Source of the DNA: Dimorphilus gyrociliatus
Lineage: Eukaryota > Animalia > Annelida
Assembly (NCBI GenBank): GCA_904063045.1
Contig: CAJFCJ010000014.1
Span: forward strand, 1,795,643-1,859,642
Length of the DNA stretch: 64,000 nt
Reading direction: 5' to 3'
The position numbers were made by a program, and so were the translations under genes. The stretch's first letter is position 1. Every line of letters starts with the position of its first letter. Positions 54,901 through 64,000 of the stretch are shown piece after piece. The notes beneath the pieces were generated by a model. It made no database searches and was not told the origin of the DNA. It worked only from the letters and a program-made list of their open reading frames with translations.

Positions 54901-55212
54901 CGTTGAAGCGCTATTGCAGTATTGAGTAGGAAAAGCTCCGGCTGGACCAGTGGCAGCAAATTGGGGCATATAGTTGGCATAAGGATTGGCGGCTGCCGGA
55001 TTCATCGTGTTCATATTGCTGTGCGGTTGTTGCTGCTGTTGCGAATGAGGAGGAAGAGGAGGAGGAAGAGGCGGTGGTGAGACTGATGAGGTTCGGTATT
55101 GTATAGCGGGAATGTTCTCTTCAATCGTAGTCCTTTTGTAAGTTTCTTCGATCGGACTGAGAATGTCTGTAACGGAGAACGGAGTAGTGTGAGGCTTTGG
55201 ACTGAGAGACAT
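51980..55212 (-). CDS. NKX2-1: NK2.1 homeobox transcription factor (TTF-1/scarecrow ortholog); exons 55212-54816, 52725-52469, 52366-51980
   Basis: TN/eh1 motif [20 protein letters not shown]; DPRFA|ISRLMG; homeodomain [44 protein letters not shown]|[14 protein letters not shown]; NK2-specific domain [17 protein letters not shown]. Confidence 0.97.
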
Positions 55213-55278
55213 TATCAAGTGGCCTCGCTAAGAGCTGGTTATGCGATGACGAGAGCCGTTCACAGTTACTCGCGGTAT

Positions 55279-55472
55279 TGCGCATGCGCAGCTCCGCCCA
55301 TTCGAATACATTACAGTTACGGCGTCACTCACCTGAGTTAACCGGCGTTCGTTAGACGGTCGACTCGCTTCGTTTTGTAAAAATTTACAGCACTATAACT
55401 TATACCGCTTACCCCGACCAAATGAAATGTTGACACTAACGTCGCGCCGATTAGGCCTGTGGAGGCGGAGCC
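55279..55472. promoter_or_regulatory. NKX2-1 proximal promoter motifs: perfect NRF1 palindrome and GC boxes
   Basis: TGCGCATGCGCA at 55279-55290, CTCCGCCCA at 55292-55300 and GGAGGCGGAGCC at ~55461-55472, all 70-260 nt upstream of the ATG. Confidence 0.55.
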
Positions 55473-57207
55473 TAATCTGCTCTTCGAATTCAGTAGGTCG
55501 CCTCTCTTTATATTTAATTAGTAATCTGCGTCTATTACACGGTAAATACCTTAGCCTGCCTTTATATATCTGTTAAGTACGTTCGAGTATAGTTATCGAA
55601 AAAAATCAGCGTTAAGTAATTGTATATAAGGAGTATATAATAGATACTGAATATCAGGTACACTGCACGTTTATACGGATATTATAGAATACTGAAAGAA
55701 TAAGAGAGAGAGAGAGAGGCGGACAGACAGTCAACAAGACACAGAGAGAGAGAGAGAGAGAGAGAGAAAGAGCGGACAACAAGCAACGAGAAAGAAAAGG
55801 TTAGAAAGTAGTGAGGCATACCGAGCATGAGCAAGAAACGGAAGATATCATGAACGTTTACATGTTTTTTATAGTCGATTCCTTCCGTTCTTTGTACCCC
55901 CAGCAATGTTCGAAAAATAATTAAAGGAGAGCTTAAAAGTTTATAATGTGAGCGCCGTCAATATAACCTAGTTCTCTCAGCGGGGTATAAGCGCATTCAG
56001 AAGGAAAAGGCGGAACATTCTTAATAGAAAAAGACCTATATATATAGGCACTGGGATTGAAAAGAGACGGTAGATCTTTATTGGGTGGTCTATAGAACGA
56101 TCGAAGAAAATCGAAGGCGACTTTGATCACTTTCACGCCTTCTCCGAGTCGACACCTGTAATTACGTTCGATTTAGCAATTAATGATGTATTGTTAATCG
56201 ATGTTGACCGCCTAGCTGCCCTCCTCCCTTATACTCTTCAATACTAGCCTAATTGCAGGCTGAGCGACGCTGAAAACGAACGAATTGATACAGAGATATA
56301 AATAGTTGAACTGCTTCGCACCAAAACTACTAATTTCCCATTTAGAACGGCGTGTCTCTATTTCATGCACTAACGCCTGCGCTCAGGGGGGTCGGACGGG
56401 TTGCGGTTGTACACCTGTGCCATTCTCCATCTATTATTAATTATAAACGCAGTTTTCCCCTTTGCAAAGTTTGCCGTTTGCCGTTTGCTGAGCGACTCTT
56501 GTTTACCTACTACGAGCCGCAACTTCAAAGCGAACGCCTAATACGATGTGTACACAGCGCATAAGACAATAAGAAATGACGGCTAACGTCGACGTTTCCT
56601 GCTCGGCGTGGTTTGATCAAAGACGCTTGGGCGCCGTCTAATGAGCGTTTACACGTGCGCTAGTCGTAATGAGACGTCAGTAGAGCAGAAAAGTTTTTGG
56701 GAAGAGAGCTAATTCAAACACAGACAACAAGACATTCGAACGTGTCCCTCTGTTACAAATCATCGCTTTTTCGCCGCTAGCCACATTCTTCGAGGACGCT
56801 TCTAGGCCACTTTCGCGCCTCTCTTCCTTTCTATTTCTTCTTCTACTCGTAGACGTTCATTATTTCGAAATCGCCGGCATTCCGAGCGTTCATTTTTTGA
56901 CGCGTCTTTGACGTTTGACACGGCGTCAATACGGACGTCATGCAGGAGGCGACGGTTCATAGTGGGCGTCTTTTCTTTCATTACAATTTGTACCCTTCAA
57001 TATCTTCCTCGAATTAATTGTTTCAATTGTACAAATTTCCAATAATCTAGTGGCATATGGCGCGAATAGTAACGACATCTACCGCACTCGATAGTTTCAG
57101 AGAAAACTGGTGCAAGGTTGAAATATTTCACCCGGAGATTGACAACGCGTCAACTTTTCATTGACTTTTTTCACCTAAATTCTTTAAGAAGAATTTATAA
57201 TAAAAGA

Positions 57208-57785
57208 ATGGGTAAGGCATTCTTGATTCTTAACCTAAACCATTATTTATAATTGATCCTTATAGCAGCTTCAAATAGCACAACATGCCTCATTTCGGCA
57301 GCCTTATTCGTTCTTTTATTTGCTATTATGCAAATTTACAAACAACAATTAGCAGCACAGCAAAGCATGACGATTCTTGGAGGATTTTTGGGTTCTGAAT
57401 TATTTGTTTTGGCTATTACAGCTGTCTCTAATTTTGAAATGGCTCTTTTTGGTAGCAATTTCCAAGCGAAACTATTCCCTGAAGGTAAAAATACGCATGG
57501 CATTTTTTAAGGAGATTAACAAATTCATTAGACCTTCTTGTGTTTCAGTTTTCGGTTGTTTAGCGATTTCAATGTTCGCCTCGGGATTAGTACACCGAGT
57601 ATGCGTTACTACTTGGTAAATATTTCGGCTTATACACTTTAATGAGATTAATATTAAATTTCTCAAATCACTACAGTTTCCTCTTCTCAGCACTCGCTTT
57701 GTATTTCATCAATAAGATAGCTAATGCAAAATATGCTCCGAAGGAAGTTGCTGTTAATTTTGGTAAAGGAAAACGAAAGAATTAG
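57208..57785 (+). CDS. KRTCAP2: Keratinocyte-associated protein 2 (oligosaccharyltransferase accessory subunit KCP2)
   Basis: ATG G|intron; LFVLLFAIMQIYKQQLA, TILGGFLGSELF, FGSNFQAKLFPE|VFGCLAISMFASGLVHRVCVTT|CFLFS; basic tail GKGKRKN*. Confidence 0.93.
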
Positions 57786-57913
57786 TGTTAAGACGATACA
57801 TCTTCTTTACTCTTGTTCTCTTTGCAGAGAGTTTAGTTTGTAAAATTACATAACAATACAATTATTTGCTATAGTATTGTATTTTCGACAAAGATATACA
57901 AAAACAGTTTAAT

Positions 57914-59680
<1,767 letters not shown>

Positions 59681-59796
59681 GTTTTTACCAAATTGTATAC
59701 ACGGTTAGACGGATCTCAGCGAAAAGTAACCGGATCTGGAACTATGGCGAATGTTTTACGAATGGGTGAATGTCAAGGTTGTAGTGAATCGGCACT

Positions 59797-60540
59797 ATGG
59801 ATAGTAACGAAACTCGAGCTAGCGATCAAAAACCTTGCAGAAGTTGCGTCGACTTTAAGACTTGGATAAAAGCTCAAAAAAAAAACCGAGCAACTGAAGC
59901 GAAAGAAAATAACTCAAATAATTTGAATAGCTCTAATAGCAAATTTAAAGATGATTCTGTTCAACCGGTACTGTATTTCATCATAATAAGTTTTTTGTCA
60001 TCAGCTCTAAATAGCTTTTACATAATTTTAACTTAGACCACCAACACAACCTCCCAATTACCGCCAAAAAAAGAACCTATTCCATCAAATACATTAAAGA
60101 CAGAAAATTTATCAAATAGTAATTCTGAATGTCCAGTTGACAGTGAAGAGTTAGGGAGATCTGGATGGACCGTTCTTCATACAATGGCCGCTTATTATCC
60201 AGAAAATCCTTCAGAAAATGTTCAAAAAGATATGAAAAATTTTATGACACTCCTATCAAGATTATACCCTTGTAAAAGATGCGCTAAAGATTTACGAAAA
60301 GAGTACGTATTAAATTAGTCTAGCTGTTTTTAAATGAACAAAAGTATCATATTGGTATTCTTTTTAATTTCTAGTTTAAAAGATGATCCTCCAGATGTTA
60401 CTTCCCAAAAATCACTAGCCAATTGGATGTGTAATTTGCATAATAAAGTAAATGAAAAACTTGGAAAACCTCTATTTGATTGTAGTAAAGTTAACGAACG
60501 TTGGAGAGACGGCTGGAAAGATGGAAGTTGTGACTCTTAA
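59797..60540 (+). CDS. GFER: FAD-linked sulfhydryl oxidase ALR/Erv1
   Basis: Shuttle CRSC ([12 protein letters not shown]), [24 protein letters not shown], active-site [39 protein letters not shown]. Confidence 0.97.
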
Positions 60541-60716
60541 AAATGTCTATAAACAAATAAGCTTATTAATAGGAATTTACTCGAAAAAGAGAAATAAACA
60601 ATCATTCAACTTAAATATCAGGAAATGTGACTATTATATAAGAATGATGTTCTTTGATACAATATAAGATTTATACATTATTTATTCAATTTCATAATTA
60701 GTTTTAAAAAATTATA

Positions 60717-60811
60717 CGCCCGAACAGGGACTTGAACCCTGGACCCTCAGATTACTTTGAACCGAAAGTTCTCTTAAAAGTCTGATGCTCTACCGACTGA
60801 GCTATCCGGGC
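60717..60811 (-). tRNA. tRNA-Lys(UUU) with 22-nt intron at 37/38, copy 1
   Basis: Minus strand GCCCGGATAGCTCAGTCGGTAGAGCATCAGACTTTTA[AGAGAACTTTCGGTTCAAAGTA]ATCTGAGGGTCCAGGGTTCAAGTCCCTGTTCGGGCG; T-run terminator follows. Confidence 0.97.
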
Positions 60812-60992
60812 AGTTAAAGATCTCAGTTATCCTAATCCCAATTAGCATATTTCATTTAAAAAATTCTAACTCAGAAAGAGTGTTATGAAATTTTCAAAAC
60901 CATACTAAATATATTGGATTTTCAAATTGCCTTTGTTAGTTTAAAAGATTTTCGAATTACTTTTTATGGCAAAAAAAATTTAAAAAAATATA

Positions 60993-61087
60993 CGCCCGAA
61001 CAGGGACTTGAACCCTGGACCCTCAGATTACTCTAAACTGAAAGTTCTCTTAAAAGTCTGATGCTCTACCGACTGAGCTATCCGGGC
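60993..61087 (-). tRNA. tRNA-Lys(UUU) with intron, copy 2
   Basis: Exons identical to copy 1; intron AGAGAACTTTCAGTTTAGAGTA; T7 terminator. Confidence 0.97.
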
Positions 61088-61249
61088 AGCTGAATTCAAG
61101 TTTGAAATAAAACCATTACAAAAGAGACTGAACTTGAGTGAAAGTTGAAAAAAAAACTTTTAACGGTACAAAAAAAAAGTTTTATTGAAAATTTCTCATT
61201 AAAACCTATTTTTTTTTAATTAAATAAGATTGAAATTAAAAAAAATATA

Positions 61250-61344
61250 CGCCCGAACAGGGACTTGAACCCTGGACCCTCAGATTACTCTAAACTGAAA
61301 GTTCTCTTAAAAGTCTGATGCTCTACCGACTGAGCTATCCGGGC
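61250..61344 (-). tRNA. tRNA-Lys(UUU) with intron, copy 3
   Basis: Identical exons; intron as in copy 2; oligo-T terminator. Confidence 0.97.
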
Positions 61345-61503
61345 AGCTGATAACGTAAGAATTAAATATTGGTTACGAGTGATTTGCGTAAGACTTTATA
61401 TCAGGACAAAGCAAAGAAAACAAAACCAGTATCCAATCCTAAAAGTATCCACTTTATATGTATGCAACAAAAATATAGTGTGGGTGAATGTACAAAAATT
61501 GAA

Positions 61504-61598
61504 CGCCCGAACAGGGACTTGAACCCTGGACCCTCAGATTACTCTAAACTGAAAGTTCTCTTAAAAGTCTGATGCTCTACCGACTGAGCTATCCGGGC
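61504..61598 (-). tRNA. tRNA-Lys(UUU) with intron, copy 4
   Basis: Identical exons; intron as in copy 2; T5 terminator. Confidence 0.97.
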
Positions 61599-61932
61599 TT
61601 CTGAAAAACTTGTCGGTAATTATTAGCTACGAAAACGAGCTTAGGCCAATTGTATGCTTAAGAAATATAACTTGTTTATTGAAAGAAGGTAAGCTGAATA
61701 TGAACTTCATTTCCAGATATAATATAATGTTTGAAGGCCTACTTTCAGTTTACTGTTTAACAAACAGTCTACTGCGTATGGAATTTATTATGTAAATTTC
61801 AACCACCACTCTAATAATGTCTGAAGTTTTTCTAAGGCGTTGTTAAATGTATAATGACTTCTTGAAGGTAATTGTAAGTTTCAATATTGAAAAAATACAT
61901 CTTCAAGAAGGGTTTCCTTTGCAAGAAAAGGA

Positions 61933-62007
61933 CACCTGAACAGGGACTTGAACCCTGGACCCTCAGATTACCCTTAACTGAAAATTCTGTTAAAGGTATG
62001 ATGCTCT
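61933..62007 (-). pseudogene. 5'-truncated, mutated tRNA-Lys(UUU) copy
   Basis: Plus strand cacctgaacagggacttgaaccctggaccctcagattacccttaactgaaaattctgttaaaggtatgatgctct. The 5' acceptor strand and most of the D arm (A box) are lost; the anticodon arm and intron are mutated. Confidence 0.9.
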
Positions 62008-62099
62008 CTTTTTATTTAAATGAAAAATTAGCCGAAAAAAGAGAAGGTCTTGATGCTAACTATTTTCATATATAATTTCCATTTGCATCAAAAAATGAA

Positions 62100-62194
62100 C
62101 GCCCGAACAGGGACTTGAACCCTGGACCCTCAGATTACTTTAAACTGAAAGTTCTCTTAAAAGTCTGATGCTCTACCGACTGAGCTATCCGGGC
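62100..62194 (-). tRNA. tRNA-Lys(UUU) with intron, copy 5
   Basis: Identical exons; intron AGAGAACTTTCAGTTTAAAGTA; oligo-T terminator. Confidence 0.97.
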
Positions 62195-62332
62195 TTCTGA
62201 AAAACTTGAACCAAAAAATTTCCTAGGACACGCTTAGAATACTTTTTATTTGAATGAAAAATGAGCCGAGAAAAAGAAGGTCCTGATACTAACTATTTTC
62301 ATATATAATTCCCATTTGCAACAAAAATTGAA

Positions 62333-62427
62333 CGCCCGAACAGGGACTTGAACCCTGGACCCTCAGATTACTATGAACTGAAAGTTCTCTTAAAAGTCTG
62401 ATGCTCTACCGACTGAGCTATCCGGGC
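62333..62427 (-). tRNA. tRNA-Lys(UUU) with intron, copy 6
   Basis: Identical exons; intron AGAGAACTTTCAGTTCATAGTA; T5 terminator. Confidence 0.96.
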
Positions 62428-62567
62428 AGCTGAAATTTAAGGTTGAAAAATCTCATACAATATGCCCTAACTATTATTTCCTTAAATAAATGTACAAAAA
62501 GAAAATACTGTGTTTTTTTATTGAATTCTTTTCATTTATATTATCAATTTATAGCAAAAAAGACTTA

Positions 62568-62662
62568 CGCCCGAACAGGGACTTGAACCCTGGACCCTCA
62601 GATCACTTTGAACCGAAAGTTCTCTTAAAAGTCTGATGCTCTACCGACTGAGCTATCCGGGC
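62568..62662 (-). tRNA. tRNA-Lys(UUU) with intron, copy 7
   Basis: Identical exons; intron AGAGAACTTTCGGTTCAAAGTG; T6 terminator. Confidence 0.97.
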
Positions 62663-62823
62663 AGTTACGAATCAATCTTAAAAGGGATTTTCTGAAGCTA
62701 TTTCACACAAACTTCATTAAAATATATTCAACCCTAAGCCTTAATTAAACGAAGAGATTAAAATCATATATGTAGGGATTTAATGTAAATGTATACACTG
62801 AGTAATGTTTATAGAAAAATAAA

Positions 62824-62905
62824 GACTTAAACAAGGGCTTGAACCTTGGACTATTGTAGTGCACTTAAGTTGTCCGAACAGTGTGGGACTCTAACAAATG
62901 AATTA
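62824..62905 (-). pseudogene. Heavily decayed tRNA relic
   Basis: aacaagggcttgaaccttggact resembles the T-arm/B-box end and ctctaacaaatgaatta resembles the D-arm end. It sits in phase with the ~250-bp array period. Confidence 0.5.
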
Positions 62906-63066
62906 CCTTTCCAGCGAATGACCTCCAAGTATTCAGCAATTCATAAAATTTAAACAGATTTTAATCCTAGAGAGCAACAATTGTGATGTTACATTCGAAA
63001 ATCTCTTTAAAATAAATAAGTTAAGCTAGATAAAAATAAAACAAAAAAAAAGTAGAAAAAATTGAA

Positions 63067-63161
63067 CGCCCGAACAGGGACTTGAACCCTGGACCCTCAG
63101 ATTACTCTAAACTGAAAGTTCTCTTAAAAGTCTGATGCTCTACCGACTGAGCTATCCGGGC
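63067..63161 (-). tRNA. tRNA-Lys(UUU) with intron, copy 8
   Basis: Identical exons; intron as in copy 2; oligo-T terminator. Confidence 0.97.
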
Positions 63162-63309
63162 AGCTGATAAACATCATTTTATTTGAAAAATTACCAAAAA
63201 TTAAGATTATTTTAATATTAATATAAAATTTCGAATGTTTATTTAATTTTAATTAAATGGATAAATTACTTAATGTTGCTATGTTGAAAAAAAAATAAAA
63301 AAAAATTTA

Positions 63310-63404
63310 CGCCCGAACAGGGACTTGAACCCTGGACCCTCAGATCACTTTGAACTGAAAGTTCTCTTAAAAGTCTGATGCTCTACCGACTGAGCTATCC
63401 GGGC
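63310..63404 (-). tRNA. tRNA-Lys(UUU) with intron, copy 9
   Basis: Identical exons; intron AGAGAACTTTCAGTTCAAAGTG; long T-run terminator. Confidence 0.97.
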
Positions 63405-64000
63405 TTCTGTATTATGGCAATGTTTTACTGTATAAGAACACTGACTAGTCGTAGTTTTTTAGCATAAATAAAATTTTTTTAGTGGGCTTTTGGGCTATTT
63501 CGATACACTTTTGATTATTAGCTAAATTATTCCTACACTTGTTTAATATAAAATATATTCTTACTTACCTGATTAGTATATAAAAGAAATGTAATTCTTT
63601 ATTATTGGTTTTAATCAATTTATTATAATAAACTATAACTAATCGTTGACAGCTGCACGGCAAACTATGACTGTTCTGTACAGTGCTTGGATTTTTATCA
63701 GCTACGTTTAAATGACAAATAGAAAATAACTATATACTGTGTTACATATGTTAACTCTCAGAACTTGATTGCAATAACATAACAAACCGCGTTGATATTA
63801 AAAATGTTTCTATCATTCATCAGTCTGTTTACGGTGTCTCTGTCACCGGAAGCGGAATTCTGAGCTAAAAGTTTACAAGCCGCTTTACGGGTTAAAAATT
63901 TTGTTGTTTTCTTCGAGTTTGTCGAATAGTTACGACTTAATCGACTTTAAAAGATGTCCGGTAGATTACCAGCGGTTGTAATTGACAATGGAACAGGGTA

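Larger units (their letters stand above)
46205..55770. repeat. Cluster of (GA)n/(CT)n microsatellites across the NKX2-1 domain
   Basis: Tracts at ~46210-46282, 47081-47112, 47198-47212, 47540-47553, 48048-48066, 48742-48763, 50545-50580 and 55705-55770. Confidence 0.9.

Noticed and set aside
61741-61752. 12-nt inverted copy of the tRNA intron (ACTTTCAGTTTA)
   Set aside because: The match does not extend on either side and the sequence is AT-rich; it cannot be distinguished from chance.
61887-62075. ORF MKKYIFKK...PEQGLEPWTLRLP
   Set aside because: Antisense read-through of the tRNA pseudogene.
60717-63404. CRISPR-like array of identical repeats with unique spacers
   Set aside because: The repeats are 95-nt tRNA genes with A/B boxes, cloverleaf and oligo-T terminators. 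The context is eukaryotic and there are no cas genes.

Overview
Gene-dense, AT-rich animal genomic DNA with mostly 50-70 nt GT-AG introns. The NK2.1 protein looks lophotrochozoan and the architecture resembles a miniaturised annelid genome such as Dimorphilus gyrociliatus; that species call is an inference, not a result. I reconstructed about 20 spliced protein-coding genes by hand: an uncharacterised gene, a SAM-domain gene, GTF2F1, ATG3, an EF-hand rhomboid, NDUFAF1, PSMB7, CCDC65, an ABCB1-like P-glycoprotein, a TspanC8 tetraspanin, THOC1, RPLP2, XPNPEP3, THOC3, MON1, XRN2, NKX2-1, KRTCAP2, PSMC3 and GFER. Two regions stand out. (1) At 60.7-63.4 kb there is an array of nine intact tRNA-Lys(UUU) genes plus two decayed copies. 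Every intact gene carries a 22-nt intron at the canonical 37/38 position, an isotype not normally intron-containing in well-studied animals, and intron variation largely spares the paired positions. (2) At about 41.7-57.1 kb there is a CG-richer, mostly non-coding domain around NKX2-1. It begins inside an abruptly enlarged XRN2 intron, and the tail-to-tail XRN2/NK2.1 arrangement matches human XRN2/NKX2-4, suggesting an ancient genomic regulatory block. No CRISPR array or recognisable mobile element was found. Exon boundaries were read by eye; gene 5'/3' ends flagged as uncertain need RNA evidence.
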